A DNA stretch of 64,000 bases from Minisyncoccota bacterium (GTDB lineage: Bacteria > Patescibacteriota > Minisyncoccia > Phycocordibacterales > UBA5272): assembly GCA_041651055.1 (NCBI GenBank), contig JBAZJW010000001.1:472506-536505 (forward strand), in the 5' to 3' direction. The notes below the pieces were generated by a model, which ran no database searches, was not told the DNA's origin, and saw nothing but the letters and a program-made list of their open reading frames with translations. Made by a program: the position numbers and the translations under genes. Positions within the stretch are counted from its first letter, which is position 1, and each line of letters begins with the position of its first letter. This document shows positions 38,340-47,850 of the stretch, piece after piece.

Positions 38340-38541
38340 CAAAACGTTAAGAAAATCTTTTCTGCTAAAGATTTTTAGTTTTGTGTGCCGCAGTGATGTT
38401 TTGTTTTTATTGTCTTCCAGACAAAAACAAAACCACGAGGCGGGCCGTCTACAGGTGTCGACTAATTTACCAGTCGACTTCGAGAGTACTTATGAGCAAC
38501 TCATACGAAGTATGATTAGTGCAATTAGTAACTCGTGACCA
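38340..38541. repeat. tRNA-Arg(TCT)-linked palindromic element
   Basis: cacaaaac...gttttgtg hairpin; cgcagtgatgttt...aaaccacgag module shared with the 59437-59629 element; ends in gtgacc. Confidence 0.75.
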
Positions 38542-38579
38542 AAGTGTAAAGAAATCTCCCTTACGGGAGATTTCTATTT

Positions 38580-38837
38580 TTAATGGTAGATAATTTTTTC
38601 AGCTTTCTGCAAAGCCCCACTCGGATCTCGTAAGTATTCTTCTAATAATCCAGAATCAGCTTTGAGCATTAGGTCGACATCATTTGCATGTTTATCTATA
38701 AAAACAAAAATATCCTCTTGATGTCTACCTGCGAGCTCTACTTGTAACTTATTTCGAAGGCCAACAATATCTTCTGCGGACATTTGCATCTGTTCATTTA
38801 CTGGCACCCCTGTTCCTCCCATTTGTTCCATGTTCAT
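38580..38837 (-). CDS. Small hypothetical protein
   Basis: 85-aa ORF in a run of minus-strand genes, followed by a hairpin at about 38549-38577. Confidence 0.55.
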   Translation of the reverse strand: MNMEQMGGTGVPVNEQMQMSAEDIVGLRNKLQVELAGRHQEDIFVFIDKHANDVDLMLKADSGLLEEYLRDPSGALQKAEKIIYH

Positions 38838-38846
38838 ATATAAAAA

Positions 38847-39080
38847 TTATTCGTACTCTACTTCCCTCTTCAGTCTATCCTCCAATTTCCTTCCCAGCAT
38901 TCTCCTCGCGTCCCCTGTTCCACATACGACCACGTTATCCTTGCCAATTTTGTGCACGACCATATCGAGAACTTCGTTGATAGCTCGTGTTATTTCTTTT
39001 TCTATTACAAGCTTACCGACCGGGATCATTTCACCGTCGAAGGTAATGTAATCATCTTGTATACAGATATGGTGCGTCAT
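38847..39080 (-). CDS. Small hypothetical protein
   Basis: 77-aa ORF tightly spaced within the same run. Confidence 0.5.
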   Translation of the reverse strand: MTHHICIQDDYITFDGEMIPVGKLVIEKEITRAINEVLDMVVHKIGKDNVVVCGTGDARRMLGRKLEDRLKREVEYE

Positions 39081-39082
39081 GT

Positions 39083-39706
39083 CTAAAGTATACCCCGCAC
39101 TTTAAGCAAGACATAGAGAGCAATGAGCGCAACAAGAATAATTGTTGCATTCTTTGTGTGCTTCAATATGTAAACGCGAGCTTCTTTTCCAAAATAGAAT
39201 GAGAAGTACGCAACGATTCCCACACGAATAAAACGTCCGAGGAAAAAGGCTACGAGCACCACGGGAAGTGACAAAGAAAATACTCCCGACAAAAAAGCAA
39301 ACACCCTGTCCGGAAGAGGCGTAAACGCTGCCAAAAATAAACTTACGAAAGTATTGTGCGCAAAAAGACTTTGTGTGTATGTTGCCAAGCTAGATGAACT
39401 AAATAAGGTGTGGAAAAAAGCTTCGTACGATCTATACAAATACTTGCCTAAAAAATAAAGAAGACCTGCTCCAAGTGTGGACCCTGCTGCTGAAATCGCA
39501 CTTAGTAATTTCCATGAAATATCTTTACGATATGAAAGCACCGCAGCAACCACAAGCTCAGGAAGAAGTGGTGAAATAGTCGTCTCAAGAAAAGCTACGA
39601 CAAATATTCCTGTCTTTATCCATGTACGCGTCGCAACATATTTAACCCACCTATCAATACGAGTTACTTCTTCTTGTAAATTTTTCTCAACGAAGTCTTG
39701 TTCCAT
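39083..39706 (-). CDS. YqaA/DedA (VTT domain) membrane protein
   Basis: AFLETTISPLLPE, GSTLGA..LY.LG, FTPLP and GRFIR. Confidence 0.85.
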   Translation of the reverse strand: MEQDFVEKNLQEEVTRIDRWVKYVATRTWIKTGIFVVAFLETTISPLLPELVVAAVLSYRKDISWKLLSAISAAGSTLGAGLLYFLGKYLYRSYEAFFHTLFSSSSLATYTQSLFAHNTFVSLFLAAFTPLPDRVFAFLSGVFSLSLPVVLVAFFLGRFIRVGIVAYFSFYFGKEARVYILKHTKNATIILVALIALYVLLKVRGIL

Positions 39707-40070
39707 TTGGGAGAATTTTTGTTGGATTAAGCAGTGCGAGAGTCTCACCCTCACTTCCGGCGAGAATCATACCTTGTGATTCGTATCCACGAAGCATGCG
39801 CGGTGCGAGATTTGTTACGAAAGGAAACTGCTTTCCGAGCAAGTCTTCAGCTTGCACGTATTCACGTATACCAGACAAAATCTGTCGCGGTTTTTCTTCT
39901 CCGAGATCCACGGATAAAATGTAGAGCTTGTCTGCCCCTTCTACAACAGCCACCGAAAGCACGGTGCCCATACGTATTTCGATTTTCTGAAAATCATCAA
40001 TCGTAGCGAAAACTTTTTCCGGAACCACTGTCACATTTTCCTTTTTTATATCTTCAGTTGTTTCGTTCAT
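39687..40070 (-). CDS. Stand-alone tRNA-binding OB-fold protein (MetRS C-terminal/Trbp111/CsaA-like)
   Basis: DDFQKIEIRMG, GADKL..L.VDLG, RQILSGI and NLAPR..RG.ESQGMIL. Confidence 0.9.
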   Translation of the reverse strand: MNETTEDIKKENVTVVPEKVFATIDDFQKIEIRMGTVLSVAVVEGADKLYILSVDLGEEKPRQILSGIREYVQAEDLLGKQFPFVTNLAPRMLRGYESQGMILAGSEGETLALLNPTKILPNGTRLR

Positions 40071-40079
40071 ATCTTCACT

Positions 40080-40535
40080 TTACCAATTATCTGCATTTGT
40101 GTCATCCTCTTCCTCATCATCCCCCACTTCTTCGTCAGAGATACTTGGTCCATTAACTTTATCCAAGTGTCGCTGAAGCACGATAGCCGCCGCCTGATCA
40201 TCCACATTATGATTCCCTTCATTGCCTGGCTGCTTGCGCGCCTCCACGGTCGAGTACCACTCCTTTTCAAAAACAACACGTACATCGATAGCATTTTCTA
40301 TCTGTGTGCCGAAAGCTCTCGCCTCTTTAGCGATAGCGTTTGGTTTTCCTTTTTGATCGACACTTTCCCCGATGACAACGGTACTGAATTTCATTTCGCG
40401 AATAAGTTCTAGTGTGTCGGGAAGAAGTGACTTGTCGTTCGGCGAAATCATCAAAGGATACGCCATGCGTCCTTCGTCATCTGATTGTGCGAACCCTACT
40501 TTTTTAGATCCAAAATCTATTCCTAAATATTTCAT
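40080..40535 (-). CDS. ruvX: RuvX/YqgF pre-16S rRNA nuclease
   Basis: YLGIDFGSKKVGFAQSD, EWYST and DDQAAAIVLQ. Confidence 0.92.
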   Translation of the reverse strand: MKYLGIDFGSKKVGFAQSDDEGRMAYPLMISPNDKSLLPDTLELIREMKFSTVVIGESVDQKGKPNAIAKEARAFGTQIENAIDVRVVFEKEWYSTVEARKQPGNEGNHNVDDQAAAIVLQRHLDKVNGPSISDEEVGDDEEEDDTNADNW

Positions 40536-40713
40536 GAAGAACAGTTTACCGTTTTTTGGAAGAAAATTCTAGGGATTTGAGATGTGTGATTTTCCTGCAA
40601 ATTTCATGTCGCTGTCGCTGAACAAAAATGGCCCACCAATTTCTTGGTGGACACATTTTTATACGAGGATATTTGCGGAGGCATATCCATAGTCGCGAGT
40701 ACGCTCGCGATTT

Positions 40714-40886
40714 TGCGGAGGAGGTGAGATTCGGTTACAAAGTCTAGTTTTGTGAATACACAAAACAGAAGACTTCGCGACCCCTATTCTCATCTCGCGC
40801 AAGTGACGCAGGTCACTTGCTACTGTCCCTCGCTGTGAATATAAAAAGCACAAGGTTGAAACCTTGTGCTTTTTATATTCAAGCGG
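40714..40886. repeat. Orphaned tRNA-Ser-linked palindromic element
   Basis: 40714-40733 is identical to tRNA-Ser 3' region 52705-52724; scaffold ggttacaaagtc...gacttcgcgacccctattc as at tRNA-Leu; ends in a hairpin followed by gcgg. Confidence 0.85.
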
Positions 40887-41010
40887 TGATGTCGGGTTAA
40901 GTGCCCACAGGGTCAACCCACATAAGGGTATTCTAGCATCTTTTACTTAGTGGATTCGAGGACAGTGGGTCGGGTCTTAATAGACAGAATAGACACTATA
41001 AAAAGAAGAG

Positions 41011-42135
41011 CTAATGTTTATGACCGTGTGTGCTTTCCGCATCAGATACCTTTCCATGAAGCATATATGAAGCAATAAGTGTTGTTATTGGAACGGCAAG
41101 AACTAGGCCAATACTACCAATTAAAATACGAACCACTTCTGTTGCAAATACTTCACTATTTAAAATAAAGAGAACTCCAACAGTCGAACTCTGTATAAGC
41201 AGCAGCAATGGAAGAGATGCTCCGACATATGCGATGGCCAGAGTATTTACCAAAGCACCAATATGCTCTCGACCAATACGTATTCCTCGCTTATAAACTT
41301 CTTTACGCGTCATATGCTTGCCAGCTCTAAACAACTCTTCTATCGCGATTGCTTGCCCTATTGCAATGTCATAGAGAACCCCAAGAAGTCCTATCATAAT
41401 CCCGCCGAACAAAAGCCCAACCATACTTATCACTCCACGACTATCTAGTGTAAGATAGGTGGCCTCCTCTGAGCTATATCCACTAAGATTTCCTGCGTGC
41501 ACCACACAGTATGCGGCGAGGCCTGCCATGATAACAGTGATAATCATGCCGACTACTGCGGCAGTAGTTGTTCTGTTAAAGCCGTGAGTAATATACGACC
41601 CAGCAACAATAATTAAAGAAGCCACACCAATACTTACCAGTACCGCATTGTATCCGCCGTAGATACCGGGAATAAGAAGATAGAAGATTAGGAAGAAGCT
41701 ACCTATCAAACTAGCCAATCCACGCACTCCTTGAATGCCACCGAAAACAAATATAAGAACTACAAAAGTAACGGCTAGCCACAAAAGAATATCGAGCCGG
41801 TACGGGTCAGCCACCGACCAGTAGTCAGAACCATCTAAATGATTACTTTGGTGTCGAGCATAAAAGATCTCCCCTTCTTTTAGTTGAATATAATCATTCT
41901 TAAAGGTTGCTGTCTTCCCCTGATCTTTACCGCTGATGACTTCTATTTTTATGGTTTGTGTTTGGCCTACGGTATCAGTTCCAGGAATAGTTGTTGTTCC
42001 ATGATCTAAAATTTGAACTACTTTAGCTTTTTCGAAAGTTTCAGTATCTGCTACAAGTGTTGCGTCTTGAGCAAATGACAAAGTAGGCATAAGAGTGAGA
42101 CTAAACAATGATAGGAAAAGTAGCTTCTTTAACAT
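41011..42135 (-). CDS. YibE/F family membrane protein
   Basis: IGLLGVLYDIAI.QA, GREHIGALVNTLAIAYVGASLP and GSIGLVLAVPIT; His-rich tail. Confidence 0.92.
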   Translation of the reverse strand: MLKKLLFLSLFSLTLMPTLSFAQDATLVADTETFEKAKVVQILDHGTTTIPGTDTVGQTQTIKIEVISGKDQGKTATFKNDYIQLKEGEIFYARHQSNHLDGSDYWSVADPYRLDILLWLAVTFVVLIFVFGGIQGVRGLASLIGSFFLIFYLLIPGIYGGYNAVLVSIGVASLIIVAGSYITHGFNRTTTAAVVGMIITVIMAGLAAYCVVHAGNLSGYSSEEATYLTLDSRGVISMVGLLFGGIMIGLLGVLYDIAIGQAIAIEELFRAGKHMTRKEVYKRGIRIGREHIGALVNTLAIAYVGASLPLLLLIQSSTVGVLFILNSEVFATEVVRILIGSIGLVLAVPITTLIASYMLHGKVSDAESTHGHKH

Positions 42136-42153
42136 AGTGTAAGTATACCAATC

Positions 42154-42585
42154 TTATTTTTTACTGCAGGCTTTACAAAGACCGAAGAACTCAAGCGAGT
42201 GAGAGTTAATGATAGAAAAGTTCTTTGAAGACTTAAGAACTTCTTTCTGAAGATTGGCCTGTTCACAGTGTTCAATATCTTCAATCTTCCCACATCTCTC
42301 ACATACGATGTGATGATGGTGGTGGTCTTCATGAAGAAATTCATAATAGGCAGCGGTGTCTTGGAGATTAATCTTTCCAACGATTTTTGAGGTTACAAAA
42401 TCCTCTAGCGCACGATAGAGCGTAACCTTGTCCATTACCTCTCCCATTTCCTTTTGTATCTCTCCTGCAGTTAAGGGTTTCTTGGAGCGACTAAGAAATG
42501 ATAGAAGTGCGATTCGCCCGGGTGTAATTCTGTACCCGTGCTCCCGCAATAACTCTTCGTGTCCCAAAGTGTCTTTAGATTTCAT
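42154..42585 (-). CDS. Fur family regulator (Zur-like)
   Basis: RITPGR, TLYRAL, HHHHHIVCERCG and FFGLCKAC. Confidence 0.93.
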   Translation of the reverse strand: MKSKDTLGHEELLREHGYRITPGRIALLSFLSRSKKPLTAGEIQKEMGEVMDKVTLYRALEDFVTSKIVGKINLQDTAAYYEFLHEDHHHHHIVCERCGKIEDIEHCEQANLQKEVLKSSKNFSIINSHSLEFFGLCKACSKK

Positions 42586-42666
42586 AGTTGCATTAGTATA
42601 CCACTAACGCAACTCTATTGCAATAGTAAGTTAGATGTTGTATATTCTATATGCAACTCATTTGTG
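42585..42666. promoter_or_regulatory. Candidate Fur/Zur boxes in a divergent promoter
   Basis: GCAACT half-site occurs three times, including the imperfect palindrome gcaactctattgc at 42609-42621. Confidence 0.5.
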
Positions 42667-42670
42667 TTAT

Positions 42671-43498
42671 ATGAAAATAGCATTCGTCGGAAAAGGAGGC
42701 AGTGGAAAAAGCTCCGTATCATGGCTAGCTGTTAAGACTATAGAAGATATAGGGTCTTCAGTCTTGGCTATTGATGCTGACCATAATATGGATCTTACTT
42801 CTAACTTAGGACTTGATCCTGAGACTACTCCTCTTATGCATAAAACTGAACAAGAGTTTATGGAGCAAGTAGGTGTTTCAAAAGTAAGCGGTGTACTTAA
42901 CAAAGACATAACCACTCTTCCTTCATTTACGACAGACCCTCAGGACTCATACACAGCGTCTATAGCTACATATGTGAGTGATAAAATTTCTCTTATCAAT
43001 ATCGGACTAGGAGCGCCTGATGTTATGTTTTCGGGTAAATGCGCTCACGGTCTATCTGGTCCGCTTAAATACTATCTTGGATTGCTCGATGAAAAGGACG
43101 ACTTTGTAGTAATCGACAGTGTTGCGGGTGCTGACATGCTTAATTACGGACTCTACGCAGGAATTGATGCAGTGATTGGGGTTGTGGAGCCACACAGAAA
43201 CAGCGTTAAAGTATTTGAGCAGATACAGGATATTTGCCGCAAGTCTTTGATTCCATGTTTTGCTGTTGTTAATAAACCGACAGATAATGAATTCTATAAA
43301 GACTTTGTTTCAAAGAATGGCGAGAAGATTTTAGGAGAAATTCCATTTGATGAAAATGTAATGTCTTATAACTACACAAGGGTACAAACAAAAACAAAAC
43401 AAGCTATGACTTCTGTATTAGAAAAGATTAAGCGCTTAAAGAAGAGGGGCAATCTTACAACTATCAAGAGTTTTCAAGATATGAAGACAAGTAAGTAG
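42671..43498 (+). CDS. CooC-like MinD/ParA-family ATPase
   Basis: MKIAFVGKGGSGKS, LAIDAD, GKCAH, VIDSVAG, VVEP and VVNK. Confidence 0.85.
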   Translation: MKIAFVGKGGSGKSSVSWLAVKTIEDIGSSVLAIDADHNMDLTSNLGLDPETTPLMHKTEQEFMEQVGVSKVSGVLNKDITTLPSFTTDPQDSYTASIATYVSDKISLINIGLGAPDVMFSGKCAHGLSGPLKYYLGLLDEKDDFVVIDSVAGADMLNYGLYAGIDAVIGVVEPHRNSVKVFEQIQDICRKSLIPCFAVVNKPTDNEFYKDFVSKNGEKILGEIPFDENVMSYNYTRVQTKTKQAMTSVLEKIKRLKKRGNLTTIKSFQDMKTSK

Positions 43499-43586
43499 TG
43501 CTCAATACGTTTTGTCTGCATTTGAATATGCAGGTAAAACGTCAGAGTGCTCCTTATCATCAATCCAACTTCATGGAGAAGTCATC

Positions 43587-43937
43587 ATGTCTTTGCCTTC
43601 AATCGCAACTGTCGATACCAAGAACCTCAAGCCCGAACAGCTGGAAGACCTGCTGTTTGAGGCCATCAAGAAAGACCTTCCCTTGGCGTTCGCCTGGTTC
43701 AAGAACTTGAGCCTGGGCGTCCACCACAAGGAAGACCCCGCGACGCCGCTCGCTTCCCAGATCAAACGTGTCGTTGCCGACGGCATGCGCCACGTTCTCG
43801 AGAAGAAGCTGTTTGACGGCAAGCGGATCGTGTTTGCGAACTGCTGCGACGTGATCGTTGATCCCCCGAAGGGCTTCAACGCCGTCCTGTTCCAGTTCGA
43901 GACACAGAATGGGAAGCTCAACTATGCCGACTGCTGA
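43587..43937 (+). CDS. Small hypothetical protein, GC-rich, with CC and C-terminal Cys
   Basis: GGAG SD before ATG 43587; GC3-rich codons; FANCCD...YADC. Confidence 0.65.
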   Translation: MSLPSIATVDTKNLKPEQLEDLLFEAIKKDLPLAFAWFKNLSLGVHHKEDPATPLASQIKRVVADGMRHVLEKKLFDGKRIVFANCCDVIVDPPKGFNAVLFQFETQNGKLNYADC

Positions 43938-44295
43938 GAGTTCGTTCAGCGCTTTCCTAGCCGAAAACGCGGATCATCTCCTCCTGCTTTGCCGAAAGGA
44001 AGGCTTTGCGTTCTCGGTGAAAGAAAGTTCGCGGTGCATAACCGTGCGGTGTACGCTGCCTGGGGGTCACGTCCGCTTCGTCATCTTTGACGATCATCGG
44101 ATTGAAAATCCTCACGGTGGCAAACCGCACGTGTGCAACCAATGGCACAAGGCGGTCGGCGACCCCATCTCGTACACGATGGGGAAAGACATGGCTGATG
44201 CTTCGCAGTTAGAAAGTGTGCTTCGTGCCACAGCTGTGATGTGTCTTACGCAAAGCGAAGCGTACAACACCATGAAGGAAACAATCTTCCAGTAG
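43924..44295 (+). CDS. Small hypothetical protein, GC-rich
   Basis: Overlaps the preceding stop; contains His/Cys residues; followed by a terminator-like gcccga...tcgggctttttt. Confidence 0.55.
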   Translation: MPTAESSFSAFLAENADHLLLLCRKEGFAFSVKESSRCITVRCTLPGGHVRFVIFDDHRIENPHGGKPHVCNQWHKAVGDPISYTMGKDMADASQLESVLRATAVMCLTQSEAYNTMKETIFQ

Positions 44296-44386
44296 TAATC
44301 TTCTTCTGCTGCAACAAGTCTCCTAATGTGGGAGCGGCCCGATTTCAGTCGGGCTTTTTTATTGTTTTAAAAAGGTATATACCATT

Positions 44387-45067
44387 TTAGTAACTGGAAT
44401 ACTTATATCTTTCCTCTTCAGTTTCTTGAACAACGAAATCTACTCGCTTCGCACTTCCATCAAACATATTGTCATCAAGCGAATAGGTAACTGGTTTTCC
44501 TCGTGCTGAGTACTCGAGTGTCTTGAACAGATATCCAAGGAACGAGCCTGTATACCTGTATCTGCGAGTGCACCCAAGAATGATTTGGTCTATCTCGTCT
44601 TGAAATCCTTTCCATTTGTGAATCTGGTAATACTTATCTATCCATTCATCAACAACGCACCGTACCCATCTGACAATCTCATTGCTCGCTACCATGTTTC
44701 CTTTCTGGGATACTCTGACTAAGCGAATGATTATCTTGTTCCGTAGGTTTCTGTCATGCTCATCTTGCGGAGCAATAAATATGTAAAGCTTCTTCTGATA
44801 CTTTATTAAAATCTTATCTACCTCTTCTTGTTTGCTGTACTGCTTACGAACTCTCACTCTGTACCGTGCCCATCGCTTCGCATGTGATCTCTCGATTGAA
44901 GAAGTTATGGTATCCCAATCGATACTTCCGTCTTCGGTTCGTATGTTGTTTCGGAAATAATGATAGACAGTTTGTAGATGCTTAAATATCCAAGAGCTAC
45001 TGAATGTCTCTGGCTGTAGTTCTGCTAATTTTGAGTTGAGTTGTGCTATGGCTCTATCAAAATTCAT
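44387..45067 (-). CDS. Hypothetical basic protein with a sigma-region-2-like C-terminal segment
   Basis: 226-aa ORF; RRYRYTGSFLGYLFKTL...YSLDD resembles sigma region 2 only weakly. Confidence 0.6.
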   Translation of the reverse strand: MNFDRAIAQLNSKLAELQPETFSSSWIFKHLQTVYHYFRNNIRTEDGSIDWDTITSSIERSHAKRWARYRVRVRKQYSKQEEVDKILIKYQKKLYIFIAPQDEHDRNLRNKIIIRLVRVSQKGNMVASNEIVRWVRCVVDEWIDKYYQIHKWKGFQDEIDQIILGCTRRYRYTGSFLGYLFKTLEYSARGKPVTYSLDDNMFDGSAKRVDFVVQETEEERYKYSSY

Positions 45068-45076
45068 TTCTCATAA

Positions 45077-45373
45077 TTATCCTCTCACAAAGCCCATCAG
45101 TAAACCAAGTGCAATCATGCCACCAACACCGATAAGGATCCACTTCATAGTAAGTTTGAAATCTTTACTCATTCCTTGTGGCTGTTCAACAACGTGACCC
45201 GCAATGTGAACGTCTTTTGTTAAAGCCCATACGAGTGCAACTACCCAACCGATGAATGTCCACCCTAAGAAGATGTTTAACATGAGCACTGCCATTCTGT
45301 TTAACTTCTTGTTGTTAAACGCAATGATGGATGGAATAAAGTAGAGAACTGTGAGAATTATAAATAGAACCAT
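45077..45373 (-). CDS. Superinfection immunity protein (T4 Imm-like family)
   Basis: YFIPSIIA...LNIFLGWTFIGWVVALVWA signature. Confidence 0.9.
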   Translation of the reverse strand: MVLFIILTVLYFIPSIIAFNNKKLNRMAVLMLNIFLGWTFIGWVVALVWALTKDVHIAGHVVEQPQGMSKDFKLTMKWILIGVGGMIALGLLMGFVRG

Positions 45374-45409
45374 AGTTATTTAATTAATTGATAACTGTGG
45401 TGAGATACA

Positions 45410-45556
45410 AAAAGCCCACCACGTGAGTGAAGTCTTGCGACTTCCATATCCGTTTCCAGATATGACCGGTAAAGGTAAATCCCACATGATGGGTTCTTTA
45501 TCCTTTACCGGGTTTTCGACCATACCTTACAAGAAATTCTCACAAGGGTTAGGTCT
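45410..45556. ncRNA. Candidate multi-hairpin RNA in the island control region
   Basis: Stems gaagtc-ttgc-gacttc, catatc...gatatg and ccggtaaagg...cctttaccgg, enclosed by gtgag...ctcac. Confidence 0.35.
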
Positions 45557-45804
45557 CTTTATTGATTTGTTGTTTTATTTTATCACTTTTAGTGACTTTT
45601 GCATCCTAGCTTAGCTTCAGGTGTTTGTGTAGTCTTGACTTCAACCAAGTGTGAGGCATACACTGGGAGCAGTTCAGAAGCAAAACGAAATACCTACCTA
45701 AACAGAAGAGGACGGAATACCCATTCCCAACCCTCGCTTGTTTGGGTGGGTATTTTTGTTTCTGACATACCTAAACGGATTTACTAATTAACAATATATT
45801 TGTT

Positions 45805-47133
45805 ATGAATAATCTAAACATTGTGTATGTTAGCGTAACAGACATTAAGCCCGCAGAATATAATCCGCGCAAGTGGAGCGAAACTCAAGCGGAAGCTCTT
45901 AAGGAGAGCATTACTAGATTCGGTATGGTGGACCCACTCATCTGTAATTTATTTGAGGGACGAAAGAATATTCTCATCGGAGGACATTTCCGTTTCAAGA
46001 TTGCACAGGACTTAGGATTCGCTGAAGTTCCTGTGGTGTATGTTTCAATCTCTGACCTTGCTAAGGAAAAGGAACTCAACCTTCGTCTTAATAAGAATGT
46101 CGGTGAGTTTGACTTCACTCTTCTCAAAGAGTTTGATGAAGCATTCCTTGAAGATATTGGTTTTGGTTCTTCTGAACTAGATACTATCTTCGATATAGAA
46201 ACCGTTGAAGAGGTATTTGATTTAGAAAAGGAACTTAAGAAGTTAGATATTAATGAAGTAAACGTAAAGAAAGGAGATATCTATGAACTCGATGGCTCAC
46301 GCCTTATGTGTGGTGATTCAACAGTAGACGGTCAGTGGGAAACACTTTGTAACGGTAACCTTGCAGACATGTGCTTCACAGACCCGCCATATATTTTGGA
46401 CTATCTTCATGGCAAGACTCGTAACGGTAAAGCAACAGAAGGATTCGGTACAAAGAAGAATCGCAGGTATTTAGAAACAGAATCATTACCAGATAATTTC
46501 ACTGACCTTTGGATGGAACAAATTGCTAAAGTGCAGAAGAAGGACTTCTCAATCATCGTGTATGAGAATCCAAAGAACCTGCGAACCATTTGGAACGCAC
46601 TTGAGAAACATTGGAAGTACCGCAATACGATTATCTGGCACTTACCAAACCGTATGCAGGGATTCTCTGCGAAGTACAAGTTCTTCAATAAGCATGACTT
46701 CGCTATTGTTGGATCAATTGGAAACGTGGAACTCAATCTTAAAGACGAGGACGATCTCTTCCAAACGGAATACGAGACAGCGCTCTTTGCAACGTCTGGC
46801 TCACCTTATTGGGAATCCTATGGTAAAGGCAAGAAGTACTGCCCAACGGATTTCATTGAGTACAAGTCATCGGATGCAAAATCTTCTGGGCAAGGAATAA
46901 TCTTCGGTACGAAACCACTGGAGATTCTCATCTCGTATATCAAAGTACTCACTAAACGCAATGACTTAATCCTAGAGCCGTTTGGAGGGTCAGGAAGCAC
47001 GTTAATTGCTTCAGTTAAGATGGGACGTCGCTGTTACATTATGGAAAAGTCACCAGTATACGCAGAAGTAATTCTCAAGCGCTGGGAGAAGGCCACTGGA
47101 AAGAAACCAGTTAAGGTAGAACTCCATGGCTAG
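45805..47133 (+). CDS. ParB-like N-domain fused to an N6/N4 DNA methyltransferase (beta order)
   Basis: YNPRK...FG.VDP...GGH.R; LMCGDS; TDPPY precedes TKP and EPFGGSGST. Confidence 0.92.
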   Translation: MNNLNIVYVSVTDIKPAEYNPRKWSETQAEALKESITRFGMVDPLICNLFEGRKNILIGGHFRFKIAQDLGFAEVPVVYVSISDLAKEKELNLRLNKNVGEFDFTLLKEFDEAFLEDIGFGSSELDTIFDIETVEEVFDLEKELKKLDINEVNVKKGDIYELDGSRLMCGDSTVDGQWETLCNGNLADMCFTDPPYILDYLHGKTRNGKATEGFGTKKNRRYLETESLPDNFTDLWMEQIAKVQKKDFSIIVYENPKNLRTIWNALEKHWKYRNTIIWHLPNRMQGFSAKYKFFNKHDFAIVGSIGNVELNLKDEDDLFQTEYETALFATSGSPYWESYGKGKKYCPTDFIEYKSSDAKSSGQGIIFGTKPLEILISYIKVLTKRNDLILEPFGGSGSTLIASVKMGRRCYIMEKSPVYAEVILKRWEKATGKKPVKVELHG

Positions 47134-47788
47134 TCGTAGGGCTAGCAAAACACCTAAACAGAAAAAGTCTCCTCAATCTGAAACGGCGACCCAGAAAGAG
47201 AAACTACTTGTGCAGTTAACCAAAGTTCCCATTGTGCAGATTGCCACAGAGCGAGTCGGTATAGGACGCTCTACGTATTACGCGTGGCGAGATACCGATG
47301 AAGAGTTTCGAGAGCTAGCAGACAAGGCATTACGAGAAGGAAACTGTGTCATCAATGACTTGGCTGAATCTCGCCTTATTAAGAATATTCAAGAAGGCAA
47401 CAATACTTCGATTATCTTCTGGCTGAAGAACCACAGCAGTAACTACTCAGACCGTATCGTTCACCAAATGGAACTTCCTAAGTTTACAGCGGAAGACGCA
47501 AAAGAACTTGGGCAGACATTCCTTCGAGCATTTGGTGGGTCGCTTGCTAAAGTTCCTCAACATATCGTTGACGAGTTCCAGGACAAGAATTGGGAGTTAG
47601 ATGAAGATGAGCTTGAAACTCTTAACGAGCACATGAAGCAAGATGTGATTGTTCCGCTTACCGAGGAAGACATGGAAATGACTGATGAGGAAAATGAAGT
47701 TGTCGATCTTCCACCACCAAAGTCATCTCCAAATACGAAACGACGAGGTGTTAATTTGCAAGAGTTTGAGAAACGGAGGAAGAAGTAG
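47126..47788 (+). CDS. HTH protein resembling phage small terminase-like proteins
   Basis: VQIATERVGIGRSTYYAW...F, DLAESRL and IIFWLK; overlaps the methylase stop. Confidence 0.7.
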   Translation: MASRRASKTPKQKKSPQSETATQKEKLLVQLTKVPIVQIATERVGIGRSTYYAWRDTDEEFRELADKALREGNCVINDLAESRLIKNIQEGNNTSIIFWLKNHSSNYSDRIVHQMELPKFTAEDAKELGQTFLRAFGGSLAKVPQHIVDEFQDKNWELDEDELETLNEHMKQDVIVPLTEEDMEMTDEENEVVDLPPPKSSPNTKRRGVNLQEFEKRRKK

Positions 47789-47790
47789 AT

Positions 47791-47823
47791 AGAATAAAAC
47801 CCACGTTACGTGGGTTTTATTCT
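47791..47823. terminator. Bidirectional terminator between convergent genes
   Basis: agaataaaacccacg-tta-cgtgggttttattct. Confidence 0.8.
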
Positions 47824-47850
47824 TCAGACAATATGGTAGTAACTTGCATA

